Shown piece by piece: positions 22,946-33,437 of a stretch of 41,283 bases of DNA. The notes under the pieces were generated by a model. It saw nothing but the letters and a program-made list of their open reading frames with translations. It had not been told where the DNA came from and made no database searches. The position numbers and the translations under genes are program-made. Numbering within the stretch: position 1 is the stretch's first letter; each line of letters starts with the position of its first letter. The stretch is from Octopus bimaculoides (Eukaryota): assembly GCF_001194135.2 (NCBI RefSeq), contig NC_068991.1:16406439-16447721 (forward strand), written 5' to 3'.

Positions 22946-23599
22946 AATGATGAAGAGAAGATTTATTGATGTAAAAACATGCGTGTCTGTATGTATGTCA
23001 TGTATACACTAATAATAGACAGGCCGTCATGAGAACAAATGTATGTGCGTGTGTAAGCATGGATGTATGCGCGTGTGAAGAATATATAAGAATGCAACAA
23101 AGAAGTAGGCCGTGAAAGAGTCTATAGCCATCGAAGTGACAAGTTTATAAACAAAAGAATAAGAATACCAGTTCATAGTCAATTGTACACGGTAGTTGAA
23201 AACTGTATCAAGAAGTTGCGGCCATGATGCTGAGCCGGTTGCAGGTACATGTCGTACGTGAAGTCGTGGCTGTGAAGCCGCTGCCTGGGTCACTTGATAC
23301 AGGAGTTCTTGCAGGCTGTATATTCGCTGTTGATCCATGGTGAAGTAATTCACGAACAGAGAAGTGTTGAAACCTGGGCAAGTTGTTGGTTGAGCTGTGT
23401 ACGTAGAGAGATGATGTTGGCGACGTTGAGAACATGACGGTGGTGACAAAGGAGACTGCCGTAATGCTGTTGGACGAAGTTGGTAAGTCTCAGCGTGGCT
23501 GCTGTGGTGTTGTCGCTGGAACTGGCTGTGTCATGTGTGTCAGTGGCTAAACCTAAAAAGTTCTAGAACCGAAAGGCCTCGAGACGAGGAGTAGGTGAG

Positions 23600-23820
23600 T
23601 TTTTATAAGGAGCCATAGGCTCAAAACTGGGTTGAGAACAGGCTGTCTCACGTGATTTCATTTAGGGGCACCGATTGGTTATACGCGGCAAATTGGCGCG
23701 ACAGAGTGAGAGACAAATTGCGCCAATACCAAACCAATCAGAGTAGTGGACACAATGGGATCCAAATAGTGGCCAAAGGCTAGCTGTTACCTGCTACCTT
23801 CGAATGCACGGATATATAAT
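23600..23820. promoter_or_regulatory. Mirror-symmetric bidirectional promoter-like block (TATA / E-box / 4x CCAAT / TATA)
   Basis: TATAAAA (-) 23600-23607; TCACGTGA 23648-23655; CCAAT (-) 23674 and 23692; CCAAT (+) 23723 and 23734; TATATAA (+) about 23813. Confidence 0.45.
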
Positions 23821-24544
23821 AAAGGGAGAGTAGAATTTCACCCGTGTGTACGCTACAGGTTCATTGATAATTCTGTTTCTTTTATTTGGAGAGAAGTCTT
23901 TTTCTTTTTTCTGAAATATTATAAGAATATTAAAAGTTTCGTTGATTGATATTTGATGTAGTGTTATTTGTTGTTCAAATACATCTCACTGGCCACTGAA
24001 TTATTTCTCTTGGCACCTTTTGGTTTAAACTATGCATATTACCTGTATATGTTTTTGTCACTTGGCTGTTGGACGTAAGTGGGAACGATTGGCATGCTGA
24101 CGGCGTCTATTGAGGAAAGAATACGTGTATACGACTGTCTTCTTATCTTCAGACAATAAGCCTGTTCTTTTCTTTAATGGGATTCCAATTTTTAAGTTAA
24201 TCTCCCCTTCTCATCTGGAGCTAGTCTTAATTGCCATCTGGTAATTATGACACATCCTCTGGAAGCGGAGATAATCTTAATAAATCAAGAGTTTATGTTG
24301 CATGAGATTTGATACAGCTATATAATGTCTATGTGTATACATGTAACACGCACTCAAATATTTACATGTTCGTGAAAATGTTTTCATTCAAACAAAGGAG
24401 ACTTGTAATTTTGTTAGTGACATGTTTGGAATCTGCGAAGAACTTATTTAAATCTCAGGAAAATAAAATAAACCTACAGATATATACATGCATTTGGTTT
24501 GAATTTCTATTAAGTATGTATCATTATTATATATATATATGACT

Positions 24545-24840
24545 AAGGTAGCGAGTTGGCAGAATCATTAGCACGCCGGGCGAAATGCTTAGCGGTATTT
24601 CGTCTGCCGCAACGTTCTGAGTTCAAATTCCGCCGGGGTCGACTTTGCTTTTCATCCTTTCGGGATTGATAAATTAAGTACCAGTGAAACACTGGGATCG
24701 ATGAAATCGCCTATCCTTCACCTCCTCCTCCTCCACCAAATGTTAGGCCTTTTGCCTATAGTAGGTGAAAAGAATTGTTAGTACACCGGGCAAAATGCTT
24801 AGCAGTATTTTGTCTGTCTTCACGTTCTGAGGTTCAAAGT
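24545..24840 (+). mobile_element. SINE family A full copy plus a tandem partial copy
   Basis: AAGGTAGCGAGTTGGCAGAATCATTAGCACGCCGGGCGAAATGCTTAGC...; second copy TTGTTAGTACACCGGGCAAAATGCTTAGC from about 24775. Confidence 0.9.
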
Positions 24841-24934
24841 GTTCAAAGTTGTGTCGGTTGAATGTTGCAGGAGTTGAGGACAAGCTTAACATGGTCTCTG
24901 AACCTCTTCTTCGATCCTCCGCGCGGGCGAACAC

Positions 24935-25238
24935 CGGTTGCCACTAAGATTGCTGTTTATCGCGCCGTTGTCATTTCAGCATTACTGTATGGCTGCGAAT
25001 GTTGGACCTTATACCGCCATCATGTGAGGAAGCTAGAGGCATTTCACATCCATTGTCTCCAACGAATTTTATGCATTACTTGGAAAGACAAGGTCTCCCA
25101 CACAGAAATTCTTCAGCAAGTAGGAATCTCAAGCGTTGAAGCTATCATCCAATGCCGTCTTCTGAGATGAGTCGGCCACGTTATCAGGATGCCTGATAAT
25201 CGTCACCCGAAAATGGTCTTCTTCAGAGAGCTATCAAC
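24935..25238 (+). pseudogene. RTE-clade (BovB-like) LINE reverse transcriptase C-terminal fragment
   Basis: TKIAVYRAVVISALLYGCECWTL..RKLEAFHIHCLQRIL.ITWKDKVSHTEIL..LR*VGHVIRMPDNRHPKMVFFREL; the conserved W is a TGA stop at 25168. Confidence 0.92.
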
Positions 25239-25252
25239 ATGCATACATACAT

Positions 25253-25298
<46 letters not shown>

Positions 25299-25303
<5 letters not shown>

Positions 25304-25461
25304 CAGACTTCTTTCAGTTTCCGTTTACCAAACCCACTTACAAGGCTTTTGGTGGCCCGAGGCTATAGTAGAAGACACTTACCCAAAGGGACACGCAGTG
25401 GAAATCAACCTGGAACCATGTGGTTGGGAAGCAAGCTACTTACCACACAGCCACGCATCTG
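25299..25461 (-). mobile_element. SINE family B, 5' half, preceded by (CA)n
   Basis: CTTTCAGTTTCCGTTTACC...TTACCACACAGCCACGC. Confidence 0.9.
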
Positions 25462-25504
25462 TATACAAAAAGTGTGTACAAAAAAAAAAAAAAAAAAAAA
25501 ATTG

Positions 25505-25712
25505 TGTTTTAATAATTAAATATTATTAAGAATTGTATAAAAATAATTATTGAAACATTTGTGGGTATTATAACAGTATAACCAATTTATTGCATATAAA
25601 GTTTAAGAATAAAATCTTATATGTACCCTAAGGGCCATATGGAACCCCGAGGGCCATATGGACTCCCGAGGGCTATATGGACTCCCGAGGGCCATATGGA
25701 CCCCAGTTGAGA
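25505..25712 (+). mobile_element. hAT (Charlie-type) MITE, right part, with a 19-bp unit x4
   Basis: GGGCCATATGGA(A/C)(C/T)CCCGA repeated at 25632-25703, then CCCAGTTGAGA TIR remnant; body homologous to 27198-27450. Confidence 0.6.
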
Positions 25713-25729
25713 TTTTAGATAGAAGCAAG

Positions 25730-26270
25730 TGAGAGAGCGAGAGGGGGGGAGAGAGAGAGAATGGTTAGAGAGTGAAAACCTCATGAGAGAGAAACAGAGA
25801 GAGAGGGAGAGAGAGAGATTAGGAGAGAAAACAGGTGGCAATAATGTGGGGGTAGAAAAGTGTAAATGTGTGTGTGTGTGTGTAAAAGAGGGGATGCGTG
25901 AGAGGGAATATGTGAGTGTATGTAAACCAGAAGAGAAGGAAATCCTTTTTTTTTTTTTTTTTTGTATTGCGTATGCGAGTGACAGAGAGAGAGAGAAATA
26001 ATGAGAAAATGTGTAATGTTTAATAGTAAGAATATCACTGGTGGTAAGAGAGAGAGAAGGGAAGATACATGTAGAGAGAGAGAGGGGGGAAGATAGACAG
26101 AGAGATAGACAGAGAGAGGGGAGAAAGAGAGAACGAAATGTACAGACAAAAGGCGTGGTAACGAGAAGGAAGAAATAACGAGAGAGGGACAGAGAGTGAG
26201 AAAGAAGGTGGAGGGGGGAGTAAGGGATGAAGTAGAGCTGAGGCGTTGGGAGGAGTTGATAAAAGAAGAG
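25730..26270. repeat. GA-rich low-complexity tract
   Basis: Direct observation. Confidence 0.85.
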
Positions 26271-26870
26271 ACATTTAGATGGTCTGAAGAATGGTCGGGA
26301 GAAAGAAAAGAAAAGATAACGCTATTACACACACACACAAACACGCACGCATACAAATATATATTCATTCACTCACCCACATATGCAAACACACATTCTG
26401 TCTTGTACACAACACAAACAACAAAAAACAAAAACAACAGCAAGCAGCTAGAATCTATTTGTGTGAGGAGAAAGGATAGTAAAGACGAAGATGGTGGTAG
26501 AGGTGGTGGTGGTGGTAGAGGTGGTGGTGGTGGTGGTGGTGGTGNNNNNNNNNNNNNNNNNNNNNNNNNNNNNNNNNNNNNNNNNNNNNNNNNNNNNNNN
26601 NNNNNNNNNNNNNNNNNNNNNNNNNNNNNNNNNNNNNNNNNNNNNNNNNNNNNNNNNNNNNNNNNNNNNNNNNNNNNNNNNNNNNNNNNNNNNNNNNNNN
26701 NNNNNNNNNNNNNNNNNNNNNNNNNNNNNNNNNNNNNNNNNNNNNNNNNNNNNNNNNNNNNNNNNNNNNNNNNNNNNNNNNNNNNNNNNNNNNNNNNNNN
26801 NNNNNNNNNNNNNNNNNNNNNNNNNNNNNNNNNNNNNNNNNNNNNNNNNNNNNNNNNNNNNNNNNNNNNN

Positions 26871-27096
26871 CGCCGCCGCCACAGCCACTACTACCACCTC
26901 CAATGCCAACAGACGCAGCGGTGGCGGCAACTCCAGGAACTTTACATACGCTCTGGCCGTCGTTAGTTTATTGGTTTTCCTACTGGTCGTCTGTTATGCC
27001 ATTTGGACACTTTCCATTGAGACTATACTTCCGGTCGTTACTGAATCCAACAAAAACCTCGAAGATCTCCGGCCCAACAATCTACCACCATTGCTG
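26871..27096 (+). CDS. Probable host coding exon (5' end in the gap): low-complexity linker plus a single transmembrane helix of a type II membrane protein
   Basis: AAATATTTTSNANRRSGGGNSRNFTYALAVVSLLVFLLVVCYAIWTLSIETILPVVTESNKNLEDLRPNNLPPLL; basic residues precede a 24-aa hydrophobic run; ends exactly at phase-0 donor CTG|GTAAGC (27096/27097); non-repetitive, GC-richer sequence. Confidence 0.55.
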
Positions 27097-27197
27097 GTAA
27101 GCGAACACACAGCTCTTAAATTTCTCCATTGATTTCTCCCCTATCTTCCTTCCATTATTCCTTGCTTTTAAGAATTTCTTCCTTTCTTTCTCCAGTC

Positions 27198-27690
27198 CAG
27201 AGGTCTCCAACCAATTTTTGCCCATGGACTCCCTTTGAATCCCGTCTTAACTCTACAAGACCCCCATAGCCGTTCATTGTTTAAAAAATCCTGTTGTATT
27301 TCTATAATTATTTTTTATTAGGAATTGTATTAAAATGTCAAAATATTTAGTGCATTGCAGAAATATATCCAATTTATTGCGCATACATTTTAGCAACAAA
27401 CTTTTACATGGTTTTCCAAAGGTCATACGGACCCCGGTTGGGAACCACTTTTAGTCCAATGGTTCTCAACCTTTTTTTTTTCTTTTTTACCTATGAACTC
27501 CTTTGATTCCTATTTTATTCGGGTGGATCCTCATACCCATTCGTAGTTTTAAAAATCATATTATATTTTTATAATTAAATATAATTAGGAATTGTACAGA
27601 AAAATTGTTAATATATTTTGTGTATTTAGACGTATACAGTTACAATACCAATTTATCGAACATAAACTCTAGCAACTAATTCAATTCTAT
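27198..27690 (+). mobile_element. Two tandem hAT (Charlie-type) MITEs (27198-27450 complete; 27457-about 27690 partial)
   Basis: TIRs CAGAGGTCTCCAACC / GGTTGGGAACCACT; second copy starts CAATGGTTCTCAACC; partly conserved 8-bp flanks CTCCAGTC / TTTTAGTC. Confidence 0.75.
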
Positions 27691-27942
27691 GGAAAATGAA
27701 TGTTCACCAGTGAAATATGTAAGATATGTCATAAATATACCAGGACGTATTCATCAAAAATGCTGCTTTGGTGCTATTTTATTCAATGCGAGCCTTGTTG
27801 TGGTTGATGCTGCTCTGATAGTTTTGTAGTATTTGAATGAATAGTTGTCTATGATAATCGAAGACCACCACTTGTACAATGTTAAGTCAGATACGAGCTT
27901 TTGTTGGTGAGTTAAAGACACAGCTGAAACTAAATTCAACAA

Positions 27943-28065
27943 GGTGCAGGAGTGGTTGTGTGGTAAGAATCTTGCTTCCCAACCACATGGTTCCGGGTTC
28001 AGTCCCACTGTATGGCACCTTGGGAAAGTGTCTTCTACATTATTTACATTCGACGGATATTTGTC
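27943..28065 (+). mobile_element. SINE family B head (same element as 29791-30355 after contig re-ordering)
   Basis: 27982-28065 is identical to 29791-29874. Confidence 0.85.
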
Positions 28066-29060
28066 NNNNNNNNNNNNNNNNNNNNNNNNNNNNNNNNNNN
28101 NNNNNNNNNNNNNNNNNNNNNNNNNNNNNNNNNNNNNNNNNNNNNNNNNNNNNNNNNNNNNNNNNNNNNNNNNNNNNNNNNNNNNNNNNNNNNNNNNNNN
28201 NNNNNNNNNNNNNNNNNNNNNNNNNNNNNNNNNNNNNNNNNNNNNNNNNNNNNNNNNNNNNNNNNNNNNNNNNNNNNNNNNNNNNNNNNNNNNNNNNNNN
28301 NNNNNNNNNNNNNNNNNNNNNNNNNNNNNNNNNNNNNNNNNNNNNNNNNNNNNNNNNNNNNNNNNNNNNNNNNNNNNNNNNNNNNNNNNNNNNNNNNNNN
28401 NNNNNNNNNNNNNNNNNNNNNNNNNNNNNNNNNNNNNNNNNNNNNNNNNNNNNNNNNNNNNNNNNNNNNNNNNNNNNNNNNNNNNNNNNNNNNNNNNNNN
28501 NNNNNNNNNNNNNNNNNNNNNNNNNNNNNNNNNNNNNNNNNNNNNNNNNNNNNNNNNNNNNNNNNNNNNNNNNNNNNNNNNNNNNNNNNNNNNNNNNNNN
28601 NNNNNNNNNNNNNNNNNNNNNNNNNNNNNNNNNNNNNNNNNNNNNNNNNNNNNNNNNNNNNNNNNNNNNNNNNNNNNNNNNNNNNNNNNNNNNNNNNNNN
28701 NNNNNNNNNNNNNNNNNNNNNNNNNNNNNNNNNNNNNNNNNNNNNNNNNNNNNNNNNNNNNNNNNNNNNNNNNNNNNNNNNNNNNNNNNNNNNNNNNNNN
28801 NNNNNNNNNNNNNNNNNNNNNNNNNNNNNNNNNNNNNNNNNNNNNNNNNNNNNNNNNNNNNNNNNNNNNNNNNNNNNNNNNNNNNNNNNNNNNNNNNNNN
28901 NNNNNNNNNNNNNNNNNNNNNNNNNNNNNNNNNNNNNNNNNNNNNNNNNNNNNNNNNNNNNNNNNNNNNNNNNNNNNNNNNNNNNNNNNNNNNNNGAATT
29001 TGAACTCAGAACGTAAAGGCAGACGAAATACCTCTAAGAATTTCGCCCGACGTGCTCACG

Positions 29061-29296
29061 TTTCTTATTTCTTTATTGCCCACAAGGGGCTAAACATAGA
29101 GGGGACAAACAAGGACAGACAAAGGGATTAAGTCGATTACATCGATCCCAGTGCGTAACTGGTACTTAATTTATCGACCTCGAAAGGATGAAAGGTAAAG
29201 TCGACCTCAGCGGAATTTGAACTCAGAACGTAAAGACAGACGAAATACCGCTAAGCATTTCGTCCGGCGTGCTAACGATTCTGCCAGCTCGCCCCA
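29061..29296 (-). mobile_element. SINE family A variant with alternative tail (GCCCACAAGGGGCTAAACATAGAGGGGACA)
   Basis: Family A head and central domain with a different 3' end; abuts another copy. Confidence 0.8.
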
Positions 29297-29351
29297 CCTT
29301 TCCCGTCAACAAATATTAACTTCAAAAGGAAGTGTAACCCATCTTAGTGAA

Positions 29352-29670
29352 GATCCATGACTTAGTGGTTCGATTATTCGGCTTACGATCGTAAGGTCGT
29401 GAGTTCGATACCAGGCAGCGTGTTGTATCCTTAAGCAAGATACTTTATTTCTCGTTGTTCCAGTTCACTCAGCTGGCAAAAGTGAATCGTACCTGTATTT
29501 CAAAGGGCCAGCCTCGTCACATTCTGTGTGACGCTGATTCTCCCAAAAGACTATGATAAGGGTGCGCGTGTCTGTGGAGTGCTCAGCCACTTGAATGTTA
29601 ATTTCCCGAGCAGGCTCTTCCGTTAATCGGATCAGCTGGAGCCTTCATAGTCGTAACCGACGGAGTGCCG
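29352..29670 (+). mobile_element. SINE with tRNA head + CORE-like domain + family D tail
   Basis: CTTAGTGGTT..GAGTTCGATACC; GTTGTATCCTTAAGCAAGATACTTT; tail TCAAAGGGCCAGCC...GTCGTAACCGACGGAGTGCC. Confidence 0.8.
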
Positions 29671-29790
29671 TTTTTCCTCTCTTTGTTTTTATTTACTTAC
29701 CCAAATAAAAGCAGAAATAGGTGCTTTTACACACTATACTCTTTTACTTGTTTCAGTCATTTGACTGCGGCCATGCTGGANNNNNNNNNN

Positions 29791-30355
29791 ACCACATGGT
29801 TCCGGGTTCAGTCCCACTGTATGGCACCTTGGGAAAGTGTCTTCTACATTATTTACATTCGACGGATATTTGTCCTCATCTTGTTTGTTGTTAACACAAC
29901 GTTTCGGCTGATATACCCTCCAATTTCCCCAAACACACTTGAAGAAGGCTGGACTGTATATCAGCCAAAACGTTGTGTTAACAACAAACAAGATGAGGAC
30001 AAATATCCGTCGAATGTAAATAATGTACATAATTCCTCATCTCTTAAATATAGAACAGAAGTATCTTCTACTATAGCCTCGGACCGACCAAAACCTTGTG
30101 AGTGGATTTGGTAGACGGAAACTGAAAGAAGCCTGTTGTATATATATATATGTGTGTGTATCTGTTTGTCCCCCACACCATCGCTTGACAACCGGTGTTG
30201 ATGTGTTTACGTCCACGTAACTTAGCAGTTCGGCAAACGAGACGATAGAATAAGTACTAAGCTTACAAAGAATAAGTCCTGGGGTCGATTTGTCCAACTA
30301 AAGGCGGTGCTCCAGCATAGCCGCAGTCAAATGACTGAAACAAGTAAAGGAATAA
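29791..30355 (+). mobile_element. SINE family B interrupted by an HHR-family insertion
   Basis: Family B sequence stops at GTGTCTTCT (29845) and resumes at GTATCTTCTACTATAG (30061). Confidence 0.9.
29846..30056 (+). mobile_element. Inverted-structure insertion of the HHR-bearing element (family of 39346)
   Basis: Arms 29846-29922 / about 29948-30026; degenerate HHR 29934-29979; flanking AAGTGTCTTCTA / AAGTATCTTCTA direct repeat. Confidence 0.8.
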
Positions 30356-30410
30356 GGTAAGATGAAGGAAAACCAGTAATGCTTCTCTGCGCTTTCTCCT
30401 AGAGATATGG

Positions 30411-30442
<32 letters not shown>

Positions 30443-30562
30443 TTGCAGTGCCATTACTTTTCCATACATTATGCTTCACACCTTTAATTCTTGCTTGAAA
30501 TATTCCATCACTCTACAATTCAATGAGATTCTCTTCCAAACAAATATCCCCATGAACGAATA

Positions 30563-30760
30563 TTCTTTTCTACTCTAGGCACAAGGTCCGAAATTTTGCG
30601 GGAGAGGACCAGTCGATTTATTCGACCCCAGTACGCAACTGATACTTAATTTATTGACCCCAAAAGGGATGAAAGGCAAAATCGACTTCAGCGGAATTTG
30701 AACTCAGAACGTAAAGGCAGACGAAATACCTCTAAGAATTTCGCCCGACGTGCTCACGTT
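30563..30760 (-). mobile_element. SINE family A (5' end truncated or interrupted)
   Basis: TTTCTACTCTAGGCACAAGG...GAATTTGAACTCAGAACG. Confidence 0.85.
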
Positions 30761-31671
30761 TCTTATTTCTTTATTGCCCACAAGGGGCTAAACATAGAGG
30801 GGACANNNNNNNNNNNNNNNNNNNNNNNNNNNNNNNNNNNNNNNNNNNNNNNNNNNNNNNNNNNNNNNNNNNNNNNNNNNNNNNNNNNNNNNNNNNNNNN
30901 NNNNNNNNNNNNNNNNNNNNNNNNNNNNNNNNNNNNNNNNNNNNNNNNNNNNNNNNNNNNNNNNNNNNNNNNNNNNNNNNNNNNNNNNNNNNNNNNNNNN
31001 NNNNNNNNNNNNNNNNNNNNNNNNNNNNNNNNNNNNNNNNNNNNNNNNNNNNNNNNNNNNNNNNNNNNNNNNNNNNNNNNNNNNNNNNNNNNNNNNNNNN
31101 NNNNNNNNNNNNNNNNNNNNNNNNNNNNNNNNNNNNNNNNNNNNNNNNNNNNNNNNNNNNNNNNNNNNNNNNNNNNNNNNNNNNNNNNNNNNNNNNNNNN
31201 NNNNNNNNNNNNNNNNNNNNNNNNNNNNNNNNNNNNNNNNNNNNNNNNNNNNNNNNNNNNNNNNNNNNNNNNNNNNNNNNNNNNNNNNNNNNNNNNNNNN
31301 NNNNNNNNNNNNNNNNNNNNNNNNNNNNNNNNNNNNNNNNNNNNNNNNNNNNNNNNNNNNNNNNNNNNNNNNNNNNNNNNNNNNNNNNNNNNNNNNNNNN
31401 NNNNNNNNNNNNNNNNNNNNNNNNNNNNNNNNNNNNNNNNNNNNNNNNNNNNNNNNNNNNNNNNNNNNNNNNNNNNNNNNNNNNNNNNNNNNNNNNNNNN
31501 NNNNNNNNNNNNNNNNNNNNNNNNNNNNNNNNNNNNNNNNNNNNNNNNNNNNNNNNNNNNNNNNNNNNNNNNNNNNNNNNNNNNNNNNNNNNNNNNNNNN
31601 NNNNNNNNNNNNNNNNNNNNNNNNNNNNNNNNNNNNNNNNNNNNNNNNNNNNNNNNNNNNNNNNNNNNNNN

Positions 31672-31718
<47 letters not shown>

Positions 31719-31873
31719 CGATGGGCTTCTTTCAGTTTCCGTCTACCAAATCCACTCACAAGGCTTTGGTCGGCCCGAGGCTATAGTAGAAGACACTTGC
31801 CCAAGGTGCCACGCAGTGGGACTGAACCCGGAACCATGTGGTTGGTAGGCAAGCTACTTACCACACAGCCACT
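31672..31873 (-). mobile_element. SINE family B, 5' half (its 3' end is probably 29742-29780)
   Basis: Near-consensus reverse copy. Confidence 0.9.
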
Positions 31874-31944
31874 CTGAATTTATGTCAAGTGTTAGAGAAA
31901 GAAACTGTTGTTTCTTGCAATAAATACGACTGAAGTAAACAAAT

Positions 31945-32056
31945 TTTCACGGACCCTAAAATACTACTGTAGACATCCAATTTACTGTTTTGTGTACCCC
32001 ACAAAACCTTATATGGACCCCCCTTAGAAACATATGGATCCCGGTTGAGAACTACT
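31945..32056 (+). mobile_element. hAT MITE right end
   Basis: ATATGGACCCCCC..CATATGGATCCCGGTTGAGAACTACT. Confidence 0.6.
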
Positions 32057-32470
32057 ACTCTGGTCCTTTCCTTAACCCTTTTTTCTTTATTTTAGTTCAT
32101 ATTTCTTTTTTCGTTCAGTCTTGCTCTCTCTCTTTCTTTTTGTTCGTATTCGCTGTCATTTCTTATTCTTCTCACCACTGTGTGAAAACTGAGAATGCAA
32201 AGAGACACAAGGGAGTTTAGTAAAATCCTGTTCATTCTCCTTATGGCTTTAAAGTTATTATCAGAAGAAATTAAGCAAAACAACAACCAACAAACAAACA
32301 AAATAACTAACTATAAACAATGTTTTAAACCCGGAGTCGACCAACTTCTTATGGCATTGACCCCTTCGTGGAATTTCTGATAACTTATCAACACTGGCCC
32401 CGCTGACATCATGTGAATTTCTAAAATAAAATTAAAAACTACAATTAATAAAAAAAAAAAAGAAGATTCT

Positions 32471-32623
32471 TGTGGCTGTGTGGTAAGTAGCTTGCTTACC
32501 AACCGCATGGTTCCGGGTTCAGTCCCACTGCGTGGCACCTTGGGCAAGTGTCTTCTACTATAGCCTCGGGCCGACCAAAGCCTTGTGAGTGGATTTGGTA
32601 GACGGAAACTGAAAGAAGTCCGT

Positions 32624-32666
<43 letters not shown>

Positions 32667-32858
32667 CTGCGTCTCCCCGCCATCGCTTGACAACCGATGC
32701 TGGTGTGTTTACGTCCCCGTAACTTAGTGGTTCGGCAAAAAGAGACCGATAGAATAAGTACTAGGTTTACAAAGAATAAGTCCTGGGGTCGATTTGCTCG
32801 ACTAAAGGCGGTGCTCCAGCATGGCTGCAGTCAAATGACTGAAACAAGTAAAAGAGTA
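32471..32858 (+). mobile_element. SINE family B, full length, young-looking
   Basis: All blocks present, internal (TA)n, tail GAAACAAGTAAAAGAGTAA. Confidence 0.92.
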
Positions 32859-32994
32859 ATCCCTTCGTTCTTTTGCATCATTATAGCTTTTAATTAAGAA
32901 ATATTGAAAGAAATTTAATAAAAATCCTAAACGAAATAGATTAAAGTACAATAAAAATTGTCACTTTGTTGTCTTGGGAGAGTCATTATGTCAA

Positions 32995-33216
32995 TAATAA
33001 TCCCTTCTACTAAAGGCACAGAGCCTGAAATGTGTGGGGAGGAGACCAGTTGATTGCATCGACCCCAGTGTTTCAGTGGTGCTTATTTCATCGATCCCGA
33101 AAGGATAAAAGGCAAAGTCAACCTCGGCGGAATTTGAACTCAGAACGTAGCAACGGGCGAAATACCGTCAAGCATTTCGCCCGGCGTGCTAACGATTCAG
33201 CCAGCTCACCGCCTTA
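32995..33216 (-). mobile_element. SINE family A, full length
   Basis: AAGGCGGTGAGCTGGCTGAATCGTTAGC head to (TTA)n tail. Confidence 0.9.
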
Positions 33217-33258
33217 ACAACACATACCCAGGTTCAATTCCACTTCTTTATTGTTAGT

Positions 33259-33437
33259 CAATTGGTTAAATGTCAAATCAGCTAACTGAATAATTGATCG
33301 TTTGTTTAACGTGTTGGTTAGATAATCAACCAGACCTTGGAACGCAGAGTGAGTCACGGGTCACTGGAAAGGTTGCAGCGATTGTTTGATCATCACATTA
33401 AACAAACAATCAATTAGTTAGATATTCAACCAAATTG
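33259..33437. repeat. Imperfect inverted repeat (arms about 45-55 bp), possible MITE
   Basis: CAATTGGTT..CTAACT..AATTGATCGTTTGTTTAACGTG versus CACATTAAACAAACAATCAATTAGTTAG..AACCAAATTG. Confidence 0.55.

Noticed and set aside
25632-25703. CRISPR-like direct repeats
   Set aside because: Units are contiguous without spacers, in a eukaryotic MITE; no cas genes
27982-31671. Apparent duplications: 27982-28065 = 29791-29874 (84 bp) and 28996-29107 = 30694-30805 (112 bp)
   Set aside because: Both identical pairs lie exactly at contig ends. Re-ordering as ..28065 > 29875-30805 > 29108-29780 > 31672 fills both gaps and reunites two split SINE B copies, so this is most likely a scaffold contig swap, not a real duplication
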